Positions 38,153 to 52,400 are shown, numbered from the stretch's first letter. The stretch: DNA of 64,000 nucleotides from Eutreptiella sp. 'Long Island Sound 2002' (GCA_964036045.1 OZ038379.1:19592001-19656000); one strand, 5' to 3'. Program-made: numbers and translations. The notes: generated by a model not told the origin, from the letters alone.

Positions 38153-38476
38153 GATTGTCCCGGTTTCCTCAATAGCACCGGAAGGTTGGGGCCCAAAAGA
38201 GGGTGGAAATGCTACGTCACCCCTGCATTCTCGGGGTTCCCCAACAAAGGGGACAAAATCAGAAGTCAAAACCTACGCTAGGGTTCACCATGATGCTCCT
38301 AGTATCAAAGCGTGGATTCAAAGATTGTCCCGGTTTCCTCAATAGCACCGGAAGGTTGGGGCCCAAAAGAGGGCGGAAATGCTACGTCACCCCTGCATTC
38401 TCGGGGGTCCCCAACAAAGGGGACAAAATCAGAAGTCAAAACCTACGCCGGGGGTCACCATGATGCTCCTAGTATC
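38153..38476. repeat. 170-bp tandem duplication related to the 85-bp repeat
   Basis: GATTGTCCCGG recurs at 38153 and 38323. Contains CCCCAAC..GGGGACAAAATCAGAAGT, also found in the 85-bp family. Confidence 0.85.
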
Positions 38477-39084
38477 TCAAAGTGTGGGTCTCTAGTACAG
38501 CTAGACACCCAAATAGCTGCACTGCGCTAAGCGCGCCCCCTTAGTGCACCCCCTAAAAGGCCACTGGTGGGGCACGGGTCCAAAAAGATGCCCGGCGCGC
38601 TAACGTTCCCCCCTAACCCAACATCCAAGGACTCGCTTGATGGAAATGGGCTCCGAACGGGCTGTACACAGGCAATTAGACAGGCGGTTACTGTTGAACG
38701 GTAGAGGCCGTTGTGGCGGTTCATGCACCTGCGCCTCATGGCACCGTTACGCCGAATGAAATGGGGTGCATATGGTCCCTACGCCTTGTATTGCAGCTTG
38801 AACAAGGCATAGCTTGGCCATAACAACAACTATAGTGTTTTCCTTATCATATTGTCATGGAGCCACTGTGGGCGGTACGTTATCCAAAGGGGAGAGAGAA
38901 CTGATCGACTCATTTTTACAACCGTCAAGGTGTGCTCTCGAGAAAAACTCAGCATTTGTCGGGTTGTTGTGCGCCCTGTATTAGAAGACTTCATACAAAC
39001 GGTCGGAATGAAACATCTGGTAGCCCTTGAGCCTACCCAGTGTCCTCACACAAGGCTTGGATAACTTCTACTATGGTCCATGCC

Positions 39085-39730
39085 GCTCCCCGAGTGGGTG
39101 ATAGGGACAGCCGGTGGCGAACTTCTCCACCTATGCCCAGCGCCGGATACCCTCAAGTCCCTCCGAGTGGGGGATAGGGGTGGCCCGAGGCGGAGTTCTC
39201 TCCACATACCTAGCACCGGATACCCCCTCGGAGGGACTCGGGGGTATCCAGCGCTGGGCATGGGGAGGGAACTCCGCCTCAAGGGATCCCTATCCCCCAC
39301 ATGGAAGGACTTGGGTATCCCCTGCTAGAGGGTCATACCTTCACCATACCCCCACGGAGCTTCCCTATCCCCACACGGCCCTTCCATGGCTGAGGGGATT
39401 CGGGTGTATCAGCCGCTGGAGGACTGTGGCATACCCTCACCATACCCCGACGGCATCCCTATCCCCACAGGCCCTTGCATACACGAGGGGACTCTGGTGT
39501 ATGTGCCGCTTGGGGGCCTACCCTCACAATACCCCCATAGGGTGTCCCTGTCCCCACACGGCCCTTCCGCCCGAGGGGACTCGGGTGTATCCGCCGCTTC
39601 GGTTATGGCATACCCTCACCGTACCCCCACGGGGCATCCCTATCCCCACACAGCCCTTCCATGCCCGAGGGGACTCGAGTGTATCCGCTGCTGGGGAGCC
39701 GTGGCAATACCCTCACTGTACCCCCATGGG
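39085..39730. repeat. Foldback/tandem repeat complex
   Basis: Inverted arms 39145-39227 and 39240-39320, followed by ~5 direct units of ~90 bp containing CCCTCACCATACCCC...CCCTATCCCCAC. Confidence 0.8.
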
Positions 39731-41736
39731 GCGACCCGCCCTGGCCCATCGTGGCTCCCCCACAGTGGGTGGTGTGGGGCACGCAACCTCACAGCAACGC
39801 CACCCCTGACGTTGCATGCTAGTTTCTGGTTTCACCCCCACACCACGGTGAGGTCCCGCGCCCCTGGGCAGCTGTGGGGGTGACATGTACATTGACAAAA
39901 CAAGCGGCCCCATCCAGTAATAGCAAAAAGACAATAGTGTGCAGGCGCACATCCACGTACGCATACACGCATGCACGCGCACACACACAAACCCCCAATA
40001 CTATCTTCGTCTTATTATCGTGTATACCATGCATAACCACGCCCCTTAGGCATATCATCTGGCGCCACTGTTCACACACGTGTGCCCCCTTCAGTCTGGG
40101 TCCAAGCAGTGGAATCCATGTTCGCCCCAGGTGGCACCAATGTTCGTACCAGATGACAGTTATTTGTTGTGTACCATGCAACATCCTGAGCCACAGTGCA
40201 CGCGGAACCAGCTTTAAGGGCGCGTGCTACACAGTTATGCAACTCAGATCACTCGTTCTGCACTGGAGTGTGCCCTCTGTGGTGTCCACGGTGGTGAGGC
40301 CTGTGTTGGGTTGACTGCGGCGTGTGTAGAGTGCAGTATGCCCGGAGAGGTGAGCCGCGCGGTCTCGGTCACGGGCAAGCAAGTAAAAAAAATAATCAGG
40401 TGGCTTGCAATGTGTGCCTTGGACACCACAAAATACAGAGGACAATCGCACAGCAACAGCAACAGTGCACAGAGTGTGCACAGTATGTGCCAAACACTCA
40501 CGAGCAGCGAGCGCGTTTGTGCTTGGTAGACTTTCCTTTTGCATGGGTAGAAATCAATGGTAAAAAGACATATAAAGCGCAGTGGGTGAGCGTACGTTGT
40601 TTTGCACCGGACCTTACGCATGATAAAATTGAGCTCTTTGTCCAGGTCAATCAGCAACGTTGACACAGATCTTGTTTTTCCAGCAGCAACGGCGCACTGC
40701 GTGGCTTTTGTCGGGCACTCGGGAAACAGCTCCCAAACTCTACATCAGCGGCAGTTCCTCAACCCTCTCTGCACATGGAAGACCATGCCCAGGGGGTTGG
40801 GGATAACTCCAGGATCTGATGCATGGGATTGCAGCGAGAGCTCACTTCCACGGACTTGGCATGTCGGAACTGGTTCCTGTGCAATGCCGATGCCCATGCT
40901 GGCAGGTGTCTGCACACACGGGTCTGGTGTGGCGACCCGTTGAAAGGGGGGACTGCGGACAGATGTACTGCTCTTTGACCAGCAACTGGGCCAAAGCTGC
41001 CCTGAGTGCACAAACGTGGCCAGAGCGCTGGGGCTGCGATGGAACAGGGTCTGAGGCATGTCACTCACGCATCAGCAACAGTTCTGGTACGTGCAAACGG
41101 GGGGCGGAAGGTGGACGCAACTGTGCGAAGCACCCCCGTGATGTTGCACATAACACCAGGAGCCAGGAAAAGGGAGGGTCATAGCAGGTCATGCGGGCAG
41201 CTTTCTTTGGGCCACAGATGGGACTGAGTCGGGTTGAACCCTGTTGGACATGGGATTACTACACTGGTACAGGGCTCGCAGAGGTGAAAGGGGCGGGCGA
41301 CGTAGCTGGTGAAATGGACAGGACCCTCTGGCCGTCCTGCATGAAGCAACAAGAGAAACATCAACAGAACCGCAGGGGCATGCGCCGCGCGTCGAGGGCG
41401 CACCACAGTGTGACCCGCGGACCGACACGGATTACCGCAGGCAGCGCGCGCGCGCTCGTTGCCGCACACATGAAGTTTGACCCGCTGGCATTAAAGAGAA
41501 TGTCACCCGCGGGCCGGGACCGTGTGCTGAGACCTGGAAGCAGCGTGGCGGTCTAGTTGGCTGCCGCACTATGCGGCAGTTTGGTTGCCAAGTGGATGGC
41601 AAACGCAAGCACCATACAGACTGGATCACTACGGACATCCTCCAGACCCTCCAGCAACCAGAGCTTTTTTAACAGACCTCCCATCAACATTTGGATCTGA
41701 TGTGAGTTGGTCGCAGCATGGCTGTCTGGTTGGTAA

Positions 41737-41783
41737 GGCAGGGCAGGGCAGGGCAGGGCAGGGCAGGGCAGGGCAGGGCAGGG
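41737..41783. repeat. (GGGCA)n pentamer, ~9 copies
   Basis: Read directly from the sequence; G-quadruplex-capable. Confidence 0.95.
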
Positions 41784-43152
41784 TTGTCAGGTCATGGATT
41801 CAGTGGGAGCAGGGTGAGGCTTAAAACGGGAGGTCTAACCCCTGGTGGAGGTGGGAGGTGGGAAGTGGGGGATCCACATGGGTATGAAAGAAAATCCGCA
41901 TGTACACACGGCTCGAACACAAACGCAGTTGTCATGGCAGGTCAGACTGCATCAGGCCAGCAGGAGGACGGGATGGATGGAGCCTCCAGCAGGCTGCCCC
42001 CTGTTTAACAGATTCTGATTGGCATCAATTCACTCGGAGGCACCCCACTGTCATGTGGTTCCCCGGTCGGCATTCTCCGTCCTGTACACGAAGGGGAATG
42101 ACCACAAAGGCCCTCATCCTGTTGACCCCCGCCCCCCCCTCCCACACACACATCCGAATAGGGGTGTATGCATTTTCTCGAAGCATGGGAAAATTAGGAT
42201 GTTTGAGGCTAAATAAAAAAGCGGCAGAAAATATCAACGGTCATCAACATTTTCAAAAACTACACGCAATTAAACAAACTCAGGCGAATTTCTTTCTTCC
42301 AACAGGAATTTTATAAGCTGCAATTTTCATTGTAAATCGAGCAACACATTCTGGGACTCCTCATATTTCAAAACCGCACCCTGTCAAGCGCCATCGTCCG
42401 ATGGCAGTGGGGGGGCGGGCAGGGAAGGGGCTGACCGCACCCCCCCCCTCTGAGGGTCTGCAAAGTTTTTCTCAAGGGTGTACTGTACACCTGAACATCC
42501 CCATACCCAAAGGCATATCATGGGTTTCGTCGCAGCACGTGTGGTGTAGAGTTGCGCATCAGCCAGGCAGCACCAGGGGCTGTTTCGGTACCTGTTTCCT
42601 CGTTGCTGTCGTCCATGCAGAGGGGAGGGGGTGATAACAAAAGCTTCGCCTTCTACGAGGTGTGGCAGGTTGCTCTGCCCTGAATCATATGAGCGCTGTT
42701 TCAGAGTTTTAGAGAGGCTGTGGGTTGGGTGTAGAGGTGAGGGCGCATTGAGACTCAAGGCCACAAATGCTGTGTCACACATCAGAATTCAGACTGTCAC
42801 ATGGGTCGCCTCACAGCTCATACCTCACCTCACAGGCGGCTGTACAACCAAACATTGCCTTGAATTACCTGACAGAATGTTGAAGGCGCTGTTACCAAAA
42901 GGGACTGGCTGGGATGTCGCGCCAACGGGAAAAGGCAGACAGGTGGGCCCTGAACCGAACCCTGAGCTGGGCCTTAATCCCTGCGGTGGGGACTGGTGAC
43001 GGTGGGCCTGTGGCTGCGGTCAGTCAAGGGCGGCCCAAGGCAACCCATGTCGCTTCACCTGCTGGTGGAGTCGCAGCTCCTGGAGGGCCCTCACTATAGT
43101 GCCCTGGGGCCCGCCCGGGCGTTGAGGGGCGTGGCGTGTGCCTGCGTGTGGG

Positions 43153-43205
<53 letters not shown>

Positions 43206-43618
43206 CCAAGGGGGTTTCACCATTTTTACCAGGTCTCCCGGTTGAGCCTGTATGGCCACACTGGCGTCCTCGGGTCAGGTCGCTCCCCATTATAGCAGGC
43301 CCATGGTGCAGGCCAGGGGTGCGCCCCTGTATTGCCCCTCAACCAGTGTGATATGCACTTAGGCCAGAACCTGGCTCGCTGCCCCAGGACCACCCTGGAA
43401 GTGGGGTGGTAGCTCCATGGCTTCCGCCGGGCCAGCTCCACGGTAGTAGTTCAGCGAGCCCGTCATCGCCATGTTGCCCCGTGTGTTGTGTGTGTATTGG
43501 GGCTTTCACAGCTGTGGTGCTCGCGGCAGCGAGGCGACCTCCAAGGCCTACTCAATTTGGCGATTTCCCCAGAAAGGATGCCCTTGACGCACGGCTGCCA
43601 CCGCCCGCCACCAGACAT

Positions 43619-43695
43619 GCCCAATCCGGGGATTGATCCCACAACCTTTCGGTTGTGAGACCTTCGCTTAGCCCGGTTGAGTTAGCCAGGGATCC
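43619..43695 (-). other. tRNA-derived SINE-like head
   Basis: Minus strand reads TGGCTAACTCAACCGG...GGTCTCACAACCGAAAGGTTGTGGGATCAATCCCCGG, with A-box-like, anticodon-loop-like (CTCACAA) and T-loop-like segments. Stems are imperfect. Confidence 0.5.

Positions 43696-43696
<1 letters not shown>

Positions 43697-43786
<90 letters not shown>
43697..43786. repeat. (TG)45 microsatellite
   Basis: Read directly from the sequence. Confidence 0.97.
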
Positions 43787-43787
<1 letters not shown>

Positions 43788-44544
43788 CAAGGTATCAATG
43801 CCAATCATGCCCAAACTGCGAGGTTCAACCTTCCTATATTCCTACTGAACTGCAGAACCATCAGTTCATAGTTTATGTGGGCCCTGCAGAAGCCCCTAGC
43901 ACACTGATCCACAGCTTCCTCACCATAAGATCACTAGCCTTCCCTGCACCGTCGCTCCGCTTGGTTTATTTGTTCAGCATTGACAGGCCAGCAGTTGGTT
44001 GCTTCTCGGTGACGTCAGAGGTCAGAGATCCCTGCCCCCTGTAGCAAACCCACAAACCAGTTCAGCACGGAAACGCCGCAATGAACAAACCAGACAGCCG
44101 CAGTGTAGAGCTACAGTATCAGAGGGGTCATGTGTGTGTGTATGTGTGTGTGTGGCTGTGTGTGGGTGTGTGTGGGTGGGTGTTTGCGTTTTGTTTCACC
44201 CACTATTTGAGGTACGTCACGACACATCTGTGGATCTGCAGTCGATACGATCGGCATGCACCTGAAGATGGGCCCACGCTTTCCCAATCGATCTCGCGAG
44301 TCTGAGTTGTGATCGTCAGTGCCCCTTGCACCCACACCCCTGACCCGAGTAGCCTCGCTTTAGGCATTCCACCGTCACCAAAGCCCAGCCCAAACTGCAC
44401 CTCACTGCCCCCGAGGCAGAGGTCACAGCCTATTGCTGCAGCTCCACTAAATGCCAACGGACCCCAAACTGTCAAAAAATTGGGCATAGACCGCAGTTCG
44501 TCAACTGATGGCCCAATTGTCAGCCTAAGAAAGGTGGCTGACGG

Positions 44545-44911
44545 TTAAGCGTTGCGTTCCTTGCGCCTGCTGCTCCGTCCCTGGTTTTGAAAGACCACGT
44601 CGTTGGAGGTATCGACTGGGCTTCGGGGAGGCGGCGTCACGTTTTGGGGGAGCTTGAGGGGGCCCCTCGAGCTAGTGGAGCTGGTGGGCGAGGTAGGGCC
44701 GGGATCCAAGGAGATGCCATTTTGCTGGGCGATGTCTTTGGCGATCAGCGACAGGACGCACGGAAACATCCCGAGCACCAGCTTGGGCCGCGTCATCATG
44801 AACTCCTTGAACTCTGCAAAGTCGATTGTGCCGCCCGCCTCGGATTTGCAGAGCTCTGTGACGGCGCTGATCATGCTGGTGGTGATGCCCATGCGCACGA
44901 GCGTCTTTTCA
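44545..44911 (-). CDS. WD40 + EF-hand protein, last exon
   Basis: Acceptor CCCACACAG|T in phase 2 joins the upstream GG to give Gly. Encodes a degenerate EF-hand (GGTIDFAEFKEF) and an S/P-rich tail to TAA. Confidence 0.85.
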
Positions 44912-45162
44912 CTGTGTGGGTGTGGCAAGGGGGAGGTTGGGGACTGGGTTAGGAAGGCCCGTGGCGTGAATTGGGCCAAATGGGGAGCGAAGGATGTACG
45001 GATGTAGCGGCGTGTTGCAACACATGGCGAACGTGACATGGCATTATGTGAGGTGACAGGACGTGACCTAGCATCACGTTGCATTACATTAAATTGCATC
45101 ACATCACATTGCAATGCATTATATTGCAGTACATTACACGACACCACATTACGCATCCCACC

Positions 45163-46432
45163 ACATTACATTACATTACATTACATTACATTACATTACA
45201 TTACATTACATTACATTACATTACATTACATTACATTACATTACATTACATTACATTACATTACATTACATTACATTACATTACATTACATTACATTACA
45301 TTACATTGCTTTAGGTCAAGTTGCGTTATGTTACATTACATTACGTTACATTACATTATGTTACGTGACGTTATGTCACGTACAGTACAGTACAGTACAG
45401 TACAGTACAGTACAGTACAGTACAGTACAGTACAGTACTGTACAGTGCAAGTGCAGTACAGTACAGTACTGTACAGTGCACTGCACTACACTACACTATA
45501 CTACATTCCACATCAACATCCACATCCACCTTGCATCACATCACATCACACCATATCACATCAAATCACATCACATCACATCACACCATATCACATCAAA
45601 TCACATCACATCACATCACATCACATCACATCACATCACATCACATCACACCACATCACACCACATCACATCACATCACATCACATCACATCACATCACA
45701 TCACATCACATCACATCACATCACATCACATCACATCACATCACATCACATCACATCACATCACATCACATCACATCACATCACATCACATCACATCACA
45801 TCACATCACACCACATCACACCACATCACACCACATCACATCACATCACATCACATCACATCACATCACATCACATCACACCACATCACACCACATCACA
45901 CCACATCACATCACATCACATCACATCACATCACATCACATCACATCACATCACATCACATCACACCACATCACATCACATCACATCACATCACATCACA
46001 TCACATCACATCACATCACATCACATCACATCACATCACATCACATCACATCACACCACATCACATCACATCACATCACATCACATCACATCACATCACA
46101 TCACATCACATCACATCACATCACACCACATCACACCACATCACACCACATCACATCACATCACATCACATCACATCACATCACATCACATCACATCACA
46201 TCACATCACATCACATCACATCACATCACATCACATCACATCACATCACATCACATCACATCACATCACACCACATCACATCACATCACATCACACCACA
46301 TCACATCACATCACACCACATCACATCACATCACATCACATCACATCACATCACATCACATCACATCACATCACATCACATCACATCACATCACATCACA
46401 TCACATCACATCACATCACATCACATCACATC
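45163..46432. repeat. Compound pentamer satellite: (CATTA)n, (AGTAC)n, (CACAT)n
   Basis: 45163-45306, 45380-45437 and 45534-46432 respectively. Confidence 0.97.
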
Positions 46433-49400
46433 ACCCTAGAGGAAGGCGTACGGGCGGCATAACATCCAGGTGAAGTCCGCGTGCGGCTCCTCCCTTGCGG
46501 CGTCCACTCGCACGTTGATGGCCATTATCCAGTGCGAGGGTGTGACTAGTATGTTTAACGCAGCCCGCGGGGCGAGGTGTTCCGCTCCCAGGGTATGCAC
46601 ATACTAGTGATGTATGCCATTCCCGCAATGCCCGCCTTCCTGGTAGGTGTGTAGGGCGCCTACAGCGGATTTGGAGGGCACTACCCAGTCGACGCCCTCC
46701 TGCTGCAGCCGGCGGACGCAGAGCAGAGAGCAGCAGGGTCATGACCTCCCCCTCTTGGGAGGTCCCCACTCGTGAGGCCGCCTTGGTACAGTCCTCCCCT
46801 AGCATGCTCTCGTACGTTAGCGCCATGACCATCCCTGCCGGGGTGGCGTTGGCATCGGTCGCCACGGTGGCCCCACAGATGGTCGCTAGCGGCGGCAACT
46901 CATGGAACCATATGCTTGGTTCTGTCCAGGGTTGCATATATCAGGGCGTCGCCGTGGGGGCCTTGTGGGGGTGCAGTGTTGCGTTCCCCCCAAAATGCTC
47001 TCGCGGGTGCGTCTGCAGGGCCGGGCTCAACTCCGACAACAGCGCATGTAGGGGGTGGAGGGCCATGTGAATTGGTCCCTTTGGTTGCCCCGGGCACTAG
47101 TCTAGGCCAGGGTACCTAAAGAGTGCCACCGCTCTTGCTTGGAGCTCTATCCACAGCTCCAGCAGCTTGGTGGGCGCAACGGTAAGCACCGTGTGCCTCG
47201 CCCAAGACACCCACTCCCAATACCTGTCCCCTGGCGGCGTTCGGTGCCACACCATGGTGGGGCCCTTGTGCCACCAGCCTGGAGCTATCGCACGTGGCCG
47301 CATGTTGCCACCCACAAGTGCTCCTGGAGGCACACATGCAGGGAGGGCTCCACGTGCACATGGATGTCTAGTAGGCTCACCGGCAACCTATGCAGGTGGG
47401 TGCCACTGGGAAGGTCGTTGTTGGGTTGCTCGCACACCGGAAGCGCCGTGCAGCCCTAGGCAGCCATCCTTCCAAGGCCCCCACAGCACTTCCGTGTGGG
47501 CATGGCGGGAAGTGCCCATGATATGTTTCCGGCATCATACGAGCAGTGCGTCATTAGCATGCTGGAATGTAGCCGTGGGGCGGCACACGCTGGCTGCACT
47601 GTAAACACAACGCGCGTACCCTAGTGGCACACAATTTGCGCCATCCCAGATTGGCACCACCAACATCGAGGGTGCGCCCTCTGCTGGATATGCCGCCCCC
47701 CCCCCGCTGGCAAAAAGCCCCCACGATTTGGAAGCCGGGCCCGATAGGCCCCTGCCAGTCCGAGGCGGTCATTGGTGGCTGGGAGGCCAATACCACTCGG
47801 GAGCGGGTCGTCTACCAATGAGGCCACATGGTCCATCTCACCATGGCCATGGAGGATGTCCTAGCCATGCTGGGGTGGAGCAGTCATGGCAGGTGGCAGT
47901 GACCAGAGAGTGGGTCCGGCAAGGCGCATGGGCCAAGGACCACTTTAGGCAAGCTTAGCGAACCTACAAGGTGGAACACCATGCCCTCAAGGGGGGCTAC
48001 CCCAAGTTTCGTGGGGACCTTGGCCTTGAGGACCATCATTGCCGCATCCGGGGCCATACGTTGGGGCCACATTTGCGACCATAACTCTGCCCTGATGGCC
48101 GAGACGTAGCGGGGGGACATGGGCTACCCTTGGAGATAGATATTGGTCCCCGTGTATCAAAGACCGTGGGCCGTCAGGAGCTCAATTGAGTGCTATAGAG
48201 CTCTCTCCCATTCTTCTAGGGAATCGGTCACCCGGGAGCGCCCCACATGCACGTCAACCGCATTGGGGGCTGGGGACTGCAGGGCGCGGAGGTCCCCTAT
48301 GAAACCGTGCTGGACTTTCTTGTCCCGTGACTTGCAGCACCCCCTAGAAATAGGTGCGGTGGTCCACCAAGACTCCTTGGATGGGCCTGTCTTCACCGCG
48401 CGTGAGGATGGTGATGGTGGCATCCACCCATATCATCATGGGATGGGTCATACAGGCGGCTGAGTACACCCTGTAGACCATGTCCATGCACTTGATGAAG
48501 GGGGCGGTTGTTGTGACCCCCACATGTACGCCCTGGATGGTGCCGTGGGGGAGGCCTAGCAACTGATTCAGTTGCCTGCTCTGCAAGGGCCCCAGCGGCA
48601 TCGTGTATGCGCACCCCTCCGCGTGGGCGAAGAGGTGGTCCCTTGTGCCGAGCCCTATGTGGCTAGCCGCGAGGTCGGTGATGAGCACGTCCACTACTTG
48701 CCCGCAGAGCGTGCCATATCCCACGTCATGTGGACGGTGTGCACAACCTCATGAAGGGATATGCCCTTCATTCCCCCGACGAGGTAAGGTCCTCCCAAGG
48801 CCCGTTGATACATCTTGGAGACCTCCGTGTAAAACGCTACGGGCTCCAGCTTGGAGATGTGCGGGGAAACGGTTGTCCCCCGGAGGTTGGCCTCCTCAAC
48901 TTGTGGGCGGGGTCTTTGAGGAGGAGTGTGACCCTACCCCTCTTGCCTTCCCGCTTGCACACGCAGGGGTCCCTCATGACCTGGCATAGGGTGTGTTGGT
49001 CATCCTCGCCGAGGTGGCAGTACCACATGATGTCTATGCAGGCGTCCCTGTGTGGGAGGGCCAAGTCCGGCCCTCGCGCCTTGCCCGACTGCACTTAGAG
49101 CAAGTGCCGGGGCTGCACATAATCCCTCGGCTCCTGGGGCGGGCCTCTGGGCACTAGGTGCAGATAGGTCTAGAACGCCTGCCACCGCATCGGGTCATCT
49201 TGGATGCGGTAGCGGTGCCCCTAGAGGCGCTTGCGGTTGTTCCTGAGAGAGACCGGCGTCTCCCTAGGGTTCAACAGCAGCCTGTTGGCCACAGGCACCT
49301 CATTGATGTACCTCGGACGGCCTTGGCTTCACCGCTGGACCTCACGCCACTGCTCCATAATGTGGTGGAGGTTTCGTGCGGTGTGGGCGTGCCGGCGGCC

Positions 49401-52400
49401 TCGCACCCTGAGATCCCAAAGGTATTGTCTTTTTTGGGCCTTCCCTAGGGCCACGAGGGACCGTTAGAACACCTCCACCTCCTGCTGGCCCCCCCTCCAA
49501 TGGCGTGCGCATGGCGGAGGAACTTGCGTACAGGCAGCAACATTGTTTGGGCTGGGTAGGCTAGCCGTGGGGCTATCGTGGGGTGGGCCCTTTCCAAAGG
49601 GTGTTGCCGGAGGTAGTACAACCTGTAGTTGTGGGCGTGACATGGTTGTGCGCCCAATCGTACATGGTTCTCCATAGGCGCCGCAGCCATTCAATCGGCT
49701 AGTCCCCCAAGGGGGGGTGGGGGGGCTACAAGCGTGCACGGTGCGCCGGCAATCCACCTCGTCCTCCAGGGTCACGGTTACCGGGCGCATATGGAGCTCC
49801 GGGGTTCAAGCCACTGCATCCGGGTGGGGCTTTTCGTCTCGCGCCACTGGGTGGGTGACAACCACTAGGAGGACCAATTCGGCGGCACGTCCGGAGGACT
49901 GCAATAGGCATTGAGGAGAGGACGTTGGCTGCCGCGTCTTCCTCCAAGCCTTCAACCTCCAAGACCTCGTCGACATGCATACTGTCCCCACACGCACTTA
50001 GTCTTTCTTCCAAGGGGGTGGCGGCCACATCAACACGGTGGCGGCCATGCCAACTCCCCGCTCGCAGTGGCCTCTTACCACTACTAGGTCAGCACCCTAT
50101 GCTCCAACCACCATCTCCCCGCAGGCGTTGTCGCCCACGGTTGGCCATGTTGGCACCATTGTGGGACAAGGCCGCGACCTTTCTACAGCAGTTCATCTAT
50201 ACCCGAGCACGGGTGCACCCAAGTAAAGGATTATCCTTTGCCACATGTTCGTATTGTACACGGTGGCCTTGGCATCGGCATTTCTTCTCGCCGCCTTGGC
50301 CTGATGACGCACTTGGTTACTGGGATACCACTAGGGGCAACCATGCACAAGGTTTGCGAGTTGATGGACTCCTGTTTGTTGCTCCCACACATCGGAACCT
50401 TTTTTGGTTGTCTACAGTGCGAATATGGGATGCATCCGTGTCGGGTGTTTGCGTCTGTCGACGACCAGACGGCCTGCTAGGCAACACTCGCTACTTCCAG
50501 TACTTCCAGTAGTAGGACGGATGTGGGGTCCACCACTTGGGTGACCTAACACCACATATCCGCCCACCACTGAGGTAGACATCTTGGCTCACGTGCAACT
50601 GCTAGCACATGATGCTAGGCTCACAACGTGAGGACCTCCATGAGCAGGGCATTTCTGTTGCCTCGGTCCCAGAGGAGGGTGGCCCCAGTGGCGATGCCCT
50701 CACAGACCGATGTCCATGCCCGCACGTCCCATGCCTACATGCACGTGGCGGGTGTATACGTCAAAGGGGGGTTCTTCCTCCCCACGGCGTGATTGGCTCT
50801 CCGCCAAGACCATGATGTGTGGGCATCGGGGTGGCATGTGTAGGGCCTGGGCTAGAAGCCGTTGGCGCAAATTCCGCCCCTGGATGTTGAGCCACAGGTT
50901 TCCGACAACATGGGTGCTGCTCGCGCCTACGGGGCGCTGTGGGGAGACCTCAATTTAGATGCTTGGCCTCCGCACCTTGGGCTATTGTTCCGGGGCCTAG
51001 CGCCGTCTTTTGGGCGGCTAGGCTATCTCGGATGGCCCCAAACACTTGAAGTATGCTTTGGGTTCCAGTCGGCTTGTCGCCAGCCATCCTCGGCCGGAGC
51101 CAACCCTTCAGGGCCTCAACGGGCATGCCCCGGAGTTTGAAGGAAGTTGCTGGGTATACGCACACCAAGATGCGCCCCAGCCCTCACACTCCACCCTCAC
51201 ACTGTGTCGCGGATCACCTAGGCTCCTTGGGCATTGTGGGTAATGGTGTAGTGGCCACCCAGAGTGCTTGTAGACTCCTCCCACACGGCCTTGGTTATCA
51301 TTTTAGGGGCGATGGTCAGCCCCGTTGTCCCCATGGGTTGGAGGACCCAGCGCTCATCCTCCTGTTAGCCATGGCTACGACTCCGAAGCAGTTGCTTTCT
51401 TTGACGAGGATGGACATGGGGCATACTTCCGGCCGGGGTTGTGGGCAAGGGGGCATGAGCAGGTGGCGGATGAACAGCAAGAGAGCCCATGTCTCCGGGT
51501 GGACCTACCGCAAGGGCCGCGGGGCGCTTTAGGCATAGGTATAGGCCATGGCCAGGAGCCACCAGCCTATGTGCTCACCCCCCGCGAGCTTTAGCTGTAC
51601 CCCCGGCCCTCCATGACAAAGACAGGCGTGAAACCCAAGCCCAGGGGGATGGGGTCTTCGATGGCATCTCCTTCCCGGCTACGGAGTTCGTAGCTGGGAA
51701 CCCCTACCGGAAGTCGGTGAGGTGCACCTAGTGGCGAATACGCCGGGCGCATGCGGCCATTGCTTGGCCGAGCTTCTCCCTGTCGGGGAGTGAGGTCCCA
51801 AGACGGGGGTCGTCATGGCCCCCACTTCCCGCATTTGGCAACACACACAGCCACCAAGCGCAGGGTGTCAATGTAGGGTACCATATATCGTGTGCAGCAC
51901 AGGTCCACCTCATCCACAACTTCGTCCGCTAGCATGCTTGCTAGCCCTGTCTCATCCAAGAGGATGTCTGGATGAGGGTCAACAGTGGGTGGTTCATCCC
52001 CATTGTCGGGCCTCCTGTTGGGACAGTGTCTCCAATTCCCGCGGGAGTTGGGGAGGAAAATTGACCACCCCTCACTGTCCTCCGCCTGCGGGGAAGAGCC
52101 TGCGTCGGAGGCCCGGGCACAAGGGGCCCCGGGATGGGTGGGGGCAAGATGCTCCGCCTCAGCATCGCCTTGGGCTAGGTGGGCTTGCCGTGTCGCCATG
52201 CCCGGGTCATCAAGGGGTGGGGCCCGCCAGGTCATCGTCCTCCCAGTCTTGGTCCACATCTCCTTGGGAGGCATGCCCCATAAGGTCCAATGCCTAGCTT
52301 AGGGAACAGGGCTCCAGGTTTCATGTCGGTGCCACCTCAAGGGCCGTTGTGACCAAGCCCTGCACCCTATTGCAACCGGGGAGTTGGGCGGTGGTCCTCG

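Noticed and set aside
45038-46473. Long His/Ile/Thr/Ser-rich ORFs (also 24048-24921, 53855-54355, 62873-63440)
   Set aside because: Translations of stop-free pentamer or decamer satellites.
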